Source: Lepidodermella squamata
Taxonomy: Eukaryota; Animalia; Gastrotricha
Direction: 5' to 3'
NCBI GenBank assembly: GCA_047495785.1
Contig: JBLDXI010000019.1
Location: forward strand, 1,240,001-1,304,000
DNA: 64,000 nucleotides
Under the pieces are notes generated by a model. The model saw only the letters and a program-made list of their open reading frames with translations. It was not told the DNA's origin and did no database searches. Both the position numbers and the translations under genes were made by a program. Positions 14,112 through 25,389 of the stretch are shown here, one piece after another (the stretch's first letter is position 1; each line of letters starts with the position of its first letter).

Positions 14112-15542
14112 ATGGTCGATTATGAGTTCAAAAACAAGCTCAGCGCTCGTCCTAAAGTCGAAGAGCTCTTTGAATTCGAGGGGTGCAAAGTCGGTCGAGG
14201 AACTTACGGCCATGTCTACAAAGCTAAATTGAAGAACAAGTAATTACTCTAATCGTTTTCCTATTTTATTGTAAAATTTGCTCATTTAAGCCCCGAGAAG
14301 GAAACCTTCTACGCTTTGAAGCAGATCGACGGCACTGGAATATCAATGTCAGCCTGCAGAGAAATCGCTCTTCTAAGAGAGCTTGACCACCAAAATGTGA
14401 TAAAACTGCGCAAAGTCTTTCTTAGTTACGAGGAACGGCGAGTTTGGTTACTAATGGATTTTGCTGAACATGACTTGTGGCATATCATCAAATTCCAGCG
14501 GACTGCTCGGTCATCGAAGCGGCCCCTCGCGGTACCGGATAACATGGTAAAATCACTAATGCACCAAATCCTATCGGGAATCGCTTATTTACACCAAAAT
14601 TGGGTTCTTCATCGCGATTTGAAACCCGCTAATATTCTTGTAATGGGTGAAGGACGAGAGCGCGGTTGTGTTAAAATTGCCGATATGGGCTTTGCTCGTC
14701 TTTACAGCTCACCTTTGAAACCGTTAGCGGAGTTGGACCCGGTTGTCGTCACATTCTGGTACCGAGCGCCAGAATTAATGCTAGGAACAAGGCATTACAC
14801 CAAGGCGATTGATATGTGGGCCGTCGGATGTATTTTCGCCGAACTTCTCACCCTTGATCCGATTTTCCATTGCAAGCAAGAGGATATTAAAACCAGCACG
14901 CCGTACCATCGCGAACAATTGGAGCGGATTCTTCAAGTGATGGGTTATCCTGAAAATTGCTGGGATGACATCAAGAAAATGCCGGAATATCAGACTTTTC
15001 TGAAAGACTTCCGGAAGCAGAGTTACATGCAATCTAGCCTCGCTCGTTACATGGAAAAGTATCGCATATCGCCAGATCAACGCGAGTTTGTTTTGCTTCA
15101 AAAAATGCTCACCATGGACCCGCTGAGGCGGTTAACGGCTGAAGATGCCCTAGTTGATCCATACTTCCTAGAAGAACCGCTGCCTTCTGCAGACGTATTT
15201 TGTAACCGGTCCATTCCTTACCCGAGACGTGATTTCATCACTGACGAGGACGACAATAAAGCCCCAATTCAGCAGCAACAACAACAGCAACAGGCTCAAG
15301 CCCAAGCGCAAGCTCAAGCCCAAGCCCAGGCGCAGGCCCAGCAACAATCTCAGGCCGGTCATCCGGATAATTCAGGCGGCCAGCCTCAGGCGAAACGGGC
15401 CAAATACGGCCAGACCTATCAAAATGACGGTAATTCGCACCAAGCATCGAATGCTATGCAGCAGCAGCAGGGCATGCAACCGCCGGCGATGACCATGTCC
15501 CAACATCAGCAAATGTACCAGCAACAGATGAATAAGCGCTGA
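14112..15542 (+). CDS. CDK8: Cyclin-dependent kinase 8 (Mediator kinase), 2 exons
   Basis: MVDYEFK...[65 protein letters not shown]; Q-rich tail. Confidence 0.97.
15270..15347 (+). repeat. polyQ/(QA)n coding repeat in the CDK8 tail
   Basis: Translates to [26 protein letters not shown]. Confidence 0.9.
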
Positions 15543-15702
15543 TCTTCTGCTCATATTCGTATTTCTATGGTATTCTTTTTGTTACGTGGCAATAAAATCT
15601 TTAAATAATTGTTTGTTCCAATCAATTCTGCTTGTAGATATTTTTAAACTATTTTAATCTTTCATTTAGATAATTTTGAGAAAATGATATGAATTATGGA
15701 AT

Positions 15703-18700
15703 ATGAGCGGGGGTAAGACGCGATTGTTTCAGCACCTGCTGGTATGCAGCGTGCCGCCGTCTTTCAAGTGTCCCTCCGCTGACGGGACGGACGTAGTCAC
15801 ATCGACTGGCGTTGATGTCAGACCCGCAGTCACGGCCATCTACCCACAGTATGGCATTCTCGGCCCGGGCGATCTCAACTCCGTTGCGATGTTAGCGATG
15901 CCCCGAGGAATTCGCTTCTTCAGCAGCAGTCAACCTGCTGAAGAGACCGGTAATTTATCTTCGAACAAGCTACCGCCTGAACCTGAGCTACACGCCTTTG
16001 TCGTCACTCGAGAGGATTATTCGAGAATATACGGGGCGTCGCTCACCTTTTTTGAACCTTATACAACCACCGGAAATTTGAAATATGTGACAAAATCAAT
16101 TTGCCTCTGCTTATCAATGATGGCAACTCAAGCCAGTTTCGCCGTTCTCTCTGAAATTTATCGGTACATTAATGGCTCTAAGCAACCGAGCCGCCGAACT
16201 TTCGCCAGCTTAATCGATTGGCTAGAAGTATGGCTGTTTGACGTGTTGTTGCCGTCACCGTCTGCGGGACCGTCTCTCATTCGGCTACCATGCGGTTTCC
16301 TCAGCAGTTCTGTGCCACCCGCTGCTAACTGGTTGACATTACCAGTGCCATCAAATTGTTCACCGAACGGGGAGATGCCATATTTCGATCAAAGTTTGGC
16401 GGAAGTAATACTGCTTCTAGGCGTGGATAATTTGTTAATGGCCGTGTCAGCTGCCATGTTGGAGCATCAATTGGTATTGCTTGCGAAAGAGCCACGGCAT
16501 CTAACTTTGGCGGCTGAAGCAATTATATCGTTATTATGCCCTTTTGAATGGCAGCATGTCTACGGCCCTATTGTCCCACCGTCGTGCCAAAATTTTCTGG
16601 AAGCGCCCGTCCCCTTCATTTTCGGACTATTGGAGGAAGGTGGTTCGAAGCTCACTGATAGGCTGCCTCCTGAAGCTCGCATTTGCGTCATTTACGTCGA
16701 TTCTGGACTGGTGCGGCCTCCAGATGATTTGCCACCGCTCCCATGGCATGACGAGCTCGCTAAAGAATTGGCTTGGTTAGTTCGGCAGCATAAGTTGTCA
16801 AAATTAGCCTCGTTGAGCGGGTCTGGTATGCCGAGCAGTGCCGCCTCGTTAGAGGAGTCGAGTCGCTCCAGTTCGATTGACATTGATTCAGTACCCGGTT
16901 CTCCCGATGGTGACGATGATCCGATCATTTCAGACGCAACTTTACGCCCGTCAGATCCAGCCGTTGCAGAGTCGTACTTGGCGTCTGCGGTGACAATGCA
17001 GCGCTTGAGTGAAATCGCGAGGAGGGCCGGAATTCCACAACCGGCCGTTCTACAAAGTAAACTCTCGTCAGCTAGTTTATCCACGGCTTCGTCGCAACAC
17101 ACTTTCATGTCACCTCTTGAGCGTCGATGCTTGAGTGAGCTGAGGTTTAATGCTGCTGTCAGAGAGCTGTTTCTCGAGACGTTCGCTCAATTGTTTAAAA
17201 CTTACGATCGCTTCGTTCTTTCCGCTCCCAGCTCATCAAGTTCGGCTACCGGCGATTCGGGTGCGGTTTTTGACAACAGCAGCACGACGTGCCGCTTTGA
17301 TAAAGCCGCGTTTCTTAGTGAACAGCCGTCGGATTTCGTGCCATTTTTGTCTCGTTTCCTGGAAACACAGTGTTTCGCCGATTTTATCTCGAACAAAGTC
17401 GAAAGCCCGGGTGAAACTTCTGTTCGCGCGGAGAATGGTCGAAATTGCGTCAGACTGCTCGATTTCCATATACAGCAACTGATTGCTAACGGTGCACCTG
17501 CTTCCAGCGATCCGCGTTTCATTTTGCCACGAACAGCGATGTCGAACGCCATCTTGGAGCTTGAGAAACAATTCACGGGTCAACATACTCTTGTCGTATC
17601 AGCTCCGAAAGTCAGTATTAGTGAAACCGCTGGGGAAGCTCCAAATGTCACCGCATTGAGTCAATGCGCAATATGGCCGAAAATAAGCGAAGAGGATGAG
17701 AAAAGGCTGACAAAAATGACTGAGGATCAAGAAGATCCGCATAATATTTTCGTTTTCCCGCCAAAGTTGCTGCTTCAAGAGCAAAATTCCTACGGAAACG
17801 AGCTATCACCAACCACTCCTCATTACGAAACCAGGCCGTCAAGAGGTATCAGTATAAGCATGAGTGATCAAGTCGATACGAGTCAGTTGTTTATCCAACG
17901 TTTGATCGATGAGTGTCGAACTAAAGCGAAGCGGCTATTATTGGCTCGAATCGGCTTGGAAGAGGCTCGAGCATTAGGTCACGGCAGCTCATCTACGGTT
18001 GAGGAAAGTGGGCTGATCATTGTGTCCTTGACCGATTTGCTTGAACGCGTATGGGCTCATGGGATAGCAGACAGGGCTTGTAGATCCCCACTTTGGTCGC
18101 ATCTAGTCTTGTTTTGCGATCGAGGAGGATCGTTGCCTAATGGTGTTAGAGGGAGTCTGGCTAATGGGCCCTCGGCTTTAGGTATGTCTCGAAGTCCCCC
18201 GAATGAAATAGGGGAGTCGAAATTTTTGAAAGGTATCAAAGAACGAATTCGAAGTTCTGATTTATCTCCAGCTCGGCGGCCGTCGTCACCCTTGTCACCC
18301 AGAATCACGAAATCGGTATCGCTTCTTTGGGAGGATGTTAGGTTCATTCAAAACCTACACGATGTGGTGAGTGACACAGGGCGGACTAGAGCATTTGTTC
18401 GATTGGCGTTGGAAAGGCGGCGGTTAGCCGATCATTTGCATGAGTTGTTGGCTGATACTGTATTGCTCAATCAACTTTTCCGCCCTGAGTCATTGCTTAG
18501 ACAAGAGGAAGCCCGCGAACAATTGCTTGCGCATTTAAGAACACTCAACACAGTCGATTTGTTGTGTTTTACTAATAGTTTCCCCGAAACTGAGTTGACA
18601 TATCGGGTTAACATTGACTCAGAGCGTAAGTTGACTGAGTGTCCGTCTTTATGGCTATCGATTGTCGGTTCGACTCGATCGGCCGGTCCCATCAAGCTGC

Positions 18701-19766
18701 CAATGGCACAACCCAAGGCCGACCTCAATTTTACGCACGTGAACATAGGTCTGCCGCTTTGTGTCCGAATTGGTATAGGTTCACCTGACGAATTCGTCGA
18801 AAATAGCGGCCAAAGTATTGCACCTCCTGATAACTTCAAGTTGACATCCATTTCTGTCGCTTGTTTACCAACTGGTCATCATTTTAGCTTCGTATGCGGC
18901 CGAAAGTTGGGTACTAGAGAGGAACCAGCTGTGGCGGAGTGGTTGTTGCTTCCTGAAAGCGTCCCAACCGGATTTTCGTCGCCAGACTCGCCCCGCCACA
19001 GCCGTAAGGAGAAGGAGCCTCCGGTTAAAATAACTAGTGACCTCTCTGCTGTAGAAATACTCGAGCTTTTGGGTAATGCCGTGAACTCTTTGGTCAAAGT
19101 CGCAGAGTTGTCAAGGTCCCCTCACGGCGGATCCGGGCGGGTTTCAAGCGCAGTCCTTGTTCCGTTACTTCTAGCTGCCAATGGCGGTCTTGCACCCTGT
19201 CTTGTGGCTGCTCTGCGTCATGGTACGTTGCTGAAACGTCAGAGTAGCGCCCTCCTAGGTTCGAAAAACAGTGCTGTTCACCCTTACGATTCGCTGCTTT
19301 GGCTTCGAGCTTCTGTCCCATCTCTATCGGCAGCTATGAACGACTTCGACCTGTCGAACTGTAGGCTGGATCGTGAATCTAAACTTGTTTTATTGTTGTG
19401 TCGAGGTCTTCGTGACGGCGTTTTAATCGACTGGCTGGTGAGTTGTGGTTGCTTTTTCAGAAATAGATTGCTTTATTATCCCTAAAATCTTAGGCTGCCC
19501 TAACCGCTGCTGTAGCTGATGAAAGACAACCCATGCTTTCAAGAGTTTATGGCCCGGATGCTTTTCTTCGCAACGTTAGTTGAACATTTCGCATGACCTT
19601 TATATCAGTTAAGTTGTTTGCTTTTTAGCCGACCTTCGTGAGGTCTTTGACATCTCTGCTGGCTTCAGTGCAATCTTACCGACTAGCTTTGGATCCGGCC
19701 GTAGAACAGCCGCTGTTTTCAATAATTCCCAAGCGATCGTCGGTTGAACGGGAATCTTTTCATTAA
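15703..19766 (+). CDS. DENND5: DENN domain protein 5 (RAB6IP1): uDENN-DENN-dDENN-RUN-PLAT-RUN
   Basis: HAFVVTREDYSRIYG, CPFEWQHVYGPIVP, FLEAPVPFIFGL, FLETQCF, LTDLLERVWAHG, GRTRAFVRLALE. Two short terminal exons end at TAA 19764-19766. Confidence 0.9.
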
Positions 19767-20254
19767 ATCGCAATCAATGCTGTCATCGCCCTGTGTACTC
19801 AGAAATTGTTGATTCTGTTACTCACGTCAAGATTTTATATCATCTTAAATTGTCAATCACGCCTAAATATTTATTTCATGAATAAGCCGATTGAATACTT
19901 ACGCGTTTTCTCTCACCATTGGCCTGGTAACGGAACTAGACATTTTCGGTTTTAAACTGGACTGGACTTGTAAATTCATGCTAACGAACACATTGATGAT
20001 AAATTGGTGCTGTCTTTCCTTTCTTGAAATGTCGTCTTCTGCTGTATTTTGTTATTTTATGATTTCGCCTTAAATGTTGACGAGTATACATACCACGATT
20101 GCCGTACATATCTAGTTTTTTAATGGCGACGATTTTTCTTGATACTAATTTTTCAGCTGTATATAGATTTATTCTGCTAACTTTAGTTAAATGCTTCTAC
20201 TAAAATCGAAGTCTATTTCATTAACTTACTAACGGTGTGTAAATATTTTTAAAT

Positions 20255-20392
20255 CCAATACCAATCAGTTACAGCAAATCATTGGCCACTGCTGTTCCTT
20301 GGCAATTCAATGTATTAATACCTAGGTGGAGTTTCTTATCTATGATGTGGTGCGAATTGCAAGTCGCAGCTCGTAGTATTCCTCTATATAAA
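20255..20392 (+). promoter_or_regulatory. Candidate promoter: CCAAT boxes, RFX X-box-like site and TATA box upstream of the IST1-like gene
   Basis: CCAAT at 20255 and 20261, ATTGG at 20281, GTTCCTTGGCAAT 20294-20306, TATATAAA 20385-20392. Confidence 0.35.
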
Positions 20393-20796
20393 TACTAACG
20401 CAAAAACTATACTTTCCATGCATGATTATTCACTCCGCGATAAGCTTTCGCCGTTATTTTGGATATAATATAGCACACATACGCGCACATCACACACACA
20501 TACCCTATGATGATTCACTGAAACATGCCCACTTATTCATGAATAAGACTGTGCATGTACAAAGGCTATTCCTGTTATAAGTGCTCATAAACCGTTCAGT
20601 TATATTTTTCACGAATTGAAAATCATGAATCTTTTGTTGGATGTTGTATTTAATACCACTATATGGAAGTGCCATGAAACACTGTGTTCATCATTATTGT
20701 TACTGCATTGCTGAGCTGAACGTTGATTGTTAAAAATGCCAATCGATAAACTGTTTTGTTTGTATTTTTAGATGTTAAATTAAGGCGGCTTCTATA

Positions 20797-21521
20797 ATGG
20801 GAATAGCACAAAGCTGCATCGACAACCTTTCGGACACGCGGTCGAGGCTTCGACTGATGAACGCGGAGAAGAGCCGCATTCTTGAACGCGCTAAGAATAA
20901 TGTTTTCGAGTACTTGCTGGAAAACAAGTTCGAACTAGCTCGAATCGAAGCGGAAGACTGGGTTCAGAAAGAATGTGCTTGTTCGACTTACGAACTACTC
21001 GACAAGATGTGCGAGAAATTACAACAAGAAATTCCCGAGATGTTCTCAAGACCTGAAGCCGCTTTAACACGAGCCCAAACCGATTACGCAGGTAGTAAAT
21101 TTCCAGTTAATACCTCAGCCGTTTCATCCCAATTTTCGTAGGGTCAATTTGCTGGGCGGCCAATCGTTTTAGACTTGAGCTGCCCGAATTGCAGCGTGTT
21201 GCAGATGTGTTGAAAGACCTGTATGCTGGTTGCCGTGATGGTAATTGGAGCGTGAATAGCGAGTTAGCATATTACGCCGCAGCTTCAAATGAACCCTCTC
21301 TCAATATGATAATGCAGAGGTTAATGGACGCTGTTGGTAACATGGGCGAAGACGATCGCGATGTCGCCCGATTAGGCATTGAGCATTGCATGACAAATTA
21401 CGTGGCTGGAGGTCCTGCTTTAGAACCGAGACCACCTACTCGCCCGTCGACTTCTATGAGCCGTCGATCAGTTTCAGTTGCTTTACCCCCACCGTATGAA
21501 CAACCCAATGTTAAAATGTGA
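20797..21521 (+). CDS. Divergent IST1-like ESCRT-III-fold paralog, 2 exons
   Basis: EYLLENKFELARIEAEDWVQKE...YELLDKMCEKL and spliced GSICWAANRFRLELPELQRVADVL align with the neighbouring IST1 (DYLAANKPDRARIRVENIIREE...MELLEMFCDLL; SLLWAAPRMEAEVQELKVIAEQL). Confidence 0.75.
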
Positions 21522-21716
21522 CCCGGAAACGCCTTTCAAATGACTTTCCAAAGGAGTTTAAAGTCCTGACTCAGAAAACTGCTGTGATATTTTTCTCAAA
21601 TAATTATTCCCCTTGTCTTCCTGTGATATTTGATATTTAAAATGACAATTTTTCACTGGCTGAAATTAATCTCACGTTGTTAATTTTGCTTTAATTTTAT
21701 TTTAGATTAAATTAAA

Positions 21717-23052
21717 ATGTTTTCGACCGGGTGCAATTACAACAAATTGAAGGCCAACTTGCAATTGGCCATCCAACGCTTGAAGCTGTTGGAAAAGAAG
21801 AAGACCGAAATGGCGATCAAGTCTCGCAAGGAAATAGCCGACTATCTGGCGGCTAACAAGCCAGATCGTGCTCGTATCAGAGTTGAGAACATCATCCGAG
21901 AGGAAAATACTGTCGAGGCAATGGAGCTACTGGAGATGTTCTGCGATCTACTCGTCGCCCGTGCAGGGTTAATGAAAGCGCAAGCCGGCGTTGATCCTGG
22001 CTTGGAGGAAGCAGTCTGCAGTCTTTTATGGGCCGCCCCTCGCATGGAGGTAATGGGGAAAAATTAAGTGAGAGCTTCATCTATTTTTGTGTGTATATTT
22101 AGGCTGAAGTTCAAGAGCTCAAGGTTATTGCTGAGCAGCTGCGATACAAGTACGGCCGGGAATACTTTGAAGCCGCTACATCGAACTCGCTCCAGAAAGT
22201 CAATCCGAAGCTTCTGAAGAAAATGGCCGTTGAAGCCCCTGAAAAGGTAATAACATCAGGTTTTTATTTTTCGCTCCATCAACAAGTTTCTCGTTTCAGA
22301 GAATCGTCGAGCTTTACTTGGTTGAAATCGCTCGATCGTTTAGCGTTCCTTTCACCCCGGACCAAACTGCCCTAGCTATCCCATCTGCGCCTCTGGTTAT
22401 CGACGGAGTCGTTGTTCCGGCGCCACCTGGCGGATGTTGCGGACCCGCTCCTCAGCCGGGTGTGGTATATCCAAATGGCATGCAGCCCCAACCGATGCAG
22501 CCGATGCAGCCGATGCAACCAATGCAACCAATGGGACCCGGGTCTTATTCGAATTCTCCGTACAACTCGGTGCCCACTTCTCCAGACAACGTTGGGCAGC
22601 AGTCTAACAAGCAGCCGCCTCAACAACAGCAGCAATATCAACCTGACGGCGGCAATTCTCAGGGAGGCGCTCCTTCCGGCGGTGCGCCCACAAATTATCA
22701 GCCCAGCTACCCTGGATCAGCCTCTGCGCCAGTTTACAATACGCTCCCTCCTCCTTATCAATCCCCGAATGATGCTAAAGCTGTGCCGCCAGGTTGGAAT
22801 AGCGCTGACTCGAATTCAAAACCTGCGTTGCCAAATGATTCCGTCAACGCTGCGGCTGGTAGTTTTTATCCGAGTGCTGGAAACAACAGCAGTGATTACA
22901 ATTTTGCCGGTTTGCCAAGCGTCCCATCCGGGCAGCCCCCTGCGGGCCCACCTGGAGGCGCCTCAGGTCAAGCTCCTCAGCAACCGCCGACAGACGATGG
23001 CAGTTTGGACGATTTAGAAAAGCGCTTTGAAGAACTTCGCCGAAAGAAGTAG
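21717..23052 (+). CDS. IST1: IST1 (ESCRT-III associated factor), 3 exons
   Basis: KLKANLQLAIQRLKLLEKKKTE, ARIRVENIIREE; C-terminal MIM-like LPSVP and DDLEKRFEELRRKK. Confidence 0.96.
22489..22533 (+). repeat. 9-bp tandem coding repeat (QPM)x5 in IST1
   Basis: caaccgatg cagccgatg cagccgatg caaccaatg caaccaatg. Confidence 0.85.
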
Positions 23053-23315
23053 TAAACTATTAATGGCCCGGTGATGTCACTCTATTCTATCGAAAAAAAA
23101 TTAATTCCCGGAATTTGATTGGAATGGTGTGCGATATGTTTATTTTCAAAGCAAACCGATGCCATATTATGGAGTCAACTCTTTTTACGCTTGCTTTTCT
23201 ATAAAAACTGCTTTTTGCGAAAAATAAGATACCAGCAATCTTGAACTACACCTAGATTTCTTGCGAATAAAATCGGTCTTCAAATATGTGTCTTTTTTGC
23301 TGTAGACGTCATAAA

Positions 23316-23893
23316 ATGAGTGAACCCGTGGAATGGACAGGTGATGACGAAAAATTCATGAGAGAAGCTTTAGAAGAGGCGAAAGTTGCTTTGCAGGAGG
23401 GCGAAGTTCCTGTGGGTTGTGTCATGGTAGACCTTGATACTGGAAAAATAATCGCAAGGGGCCACAACAAGGTGAACGAGACTTGCGATCCTACTCGTCA
23501 TGCTGAATTTGAAGCATTAGACTCACTTGAGTATCCGATGATTCAGAAACTCAGGGTGTATGTCACATGCGAGCCTTGCTGCATGTGTGCGCCGGCTTTG
23601 CGCTACGCTAATGTTGTTGATGTTACTTACGGGTGAGATATGAGACAATGGTTCTAGTTGAAATGCTGAATCTTTTCCCATCTAGTTGTTCTAATGATCG
23701 ATTTGGCGGCTGCGGAACAGTGTCTTCATCGGGTACTGTTCCTCTACTAGGAATTTCGGACGATAAATTCACTCTTATCCCGCCTCTAAACATCCGGAAG
23801 GGGCTATTCGCCGAAGAAGCTGTTCAGCTACTCCAGAAATTTTATAAACAGGATAATCTCATGGCACCTCCAGAGAAGAGAAAGCGAAAATAA
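23316..23893 (+). CDS. ADAT2: tRNA-specific adenosine deaminase 2, 2 exons
   Basis: GEVPVGCV, TRHAE, TCEPCCMCA zinc motifs; spliced YGCSNDRFGGCG; LLQKFYKQDN..AP. Confidence 0.93.
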
Positions 23894-23991
23894 AAGCCAA
23901 CATTTTTATTGAAAATTTTTGAAATCAACAAATGAGTAAAAGCTGTAAAATTGCCGAAGTGCACGTGAAATCACAGATATTATCGTTTCTT

Positions 23992-25389
23992 TTACGCATC
24001 ATCGCTACCGCCCTCGCCATCATAATCATCATCAGCCACAGTTTCGGGATGCCTTAGTTCACGGTTAGACTGTTGTAGGTTATTGCGCTGTTGATTAGCT
24101 GAAAAGCTCTTTCCTGATGCACCTGCTGGTTTTTTTGAAGCGATAGTGGTTTTGCGTGACCCTGATGATACAGGAGCAGATTCGAAGTTCGACGGATTTG
24201 AAGGTGCCTGTTTGTCCCAGTCGAGTGCTCTAACAAACTCTTCCTCTCTGAATTGTAACAGCCGCGCAGCTTCCAAGTGCAGTTTTTGTCTTTTGAGAAC
24301 GTCGATAAGTTTCAGGCTTTTCTTAAAAGCAGCGATCAACTCAGTTCTTTGCCGTTCCAAGCGGCGCACGTCGCCGGCTAGTTTTTCCGCCTTTCGTGAT
24401 TCGTCAGTACCAGCATCTCGAACCATTGCCCTTGCTTTTGCCAACTCTTGTCTAAGGTGTTCTGCTTCTTCAACTGCTCTGTTCAAACGTACTTCGTGTG
24501 CAGATTTATCGCTTGACGCTTTTTTCTGCTCTCGTTTCGCAGACTCGGCATCACGGCGTACTGCATCCAGAGTTCGCTCTGTAAAATGTATTCAATGTAA
24601 ATTTAACATAAGTAAATCGCGAAAAATTATACCCAATGCGTTTGCCCTAGCTTCGTTGTCATCTGCCATCTTTTTCTGTTTAGTCAAGGTTTGCTGAAGC
24701 GATGCAACTTGTCTAGTTAAGCGACCACGATCCTCATCAGCCTCTTGCAGCTTGGTATTCAGCGTGTCTGCTTCTCTTGACTTCAGCGTGAAATCGTGCT
24801 GGGTCCTATCAAGTTCTTCCTGTAAAACACGAACTTTGGCTTTGAAGAACCTAAGTTGAGCCTCGACGCTCATTTGGTTAGCTGTGGCTGGAATAGCTCC
24901 GTTCAAATCCATGTCGTCGTCCTCGGCGGGTAAGGTGAGAGCTCTCGCGGGCGGGGCGGACTTCCTGCCAGCACTGGGGTGTGAAGTGGCTTCACTGCTG
25001 CGAGTTTCAGCTATTGACCTTTCAGTTGCACTCATCAAAACGCGTCTGTTTGGTACGGTACGGATGGAATCAAAATCGTCGTTAGCGTCATTGCCAACGT
25101 CGATGTCTACATCAACGTTGGCCATCAAAGAATTTCCTTCGGTGGCCGGTTTGTTCTGTGCCCTTCCAATACCGCTATTTTCCTCATTACGCTGGTAGGG
25201 TTTATCTGATAGCATAGCTTCATGTTTGCGCTTGAAAAAAGAGAAATACGATGTTATTCACATTAGGCAATATAAATTTACCAGCATTTGCTCCGCCTCC
25301 TGCATCAATATCGCCGTTTTTTGCTCCATCTCCTCATTCATTCGTCGGTATTCCATCTCGCGTTGTTGCAAATTCGACAAGTGAGCCAT
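23992..25389 (-). CDS. TEX9: Testis-expressed protein 9 (coiled coil), 3 exons
   Basis: EAQLRFFKAKVRVLQEEL and FKKSLKLIDVLKRQKLHLEAARLLQFREEEFVRALDW; exon 1 MAHLSNLQQREMEYRRMNEEMEQK. Confidence 0.9.

Noticed and set aside
20500-20720. Possible C/D-box snoRNA (ATGATGA...CTGA)
   Set aside because: No terminal stem or identifiable rRNA guide; such motifs are frequent in AT-rich DNA.
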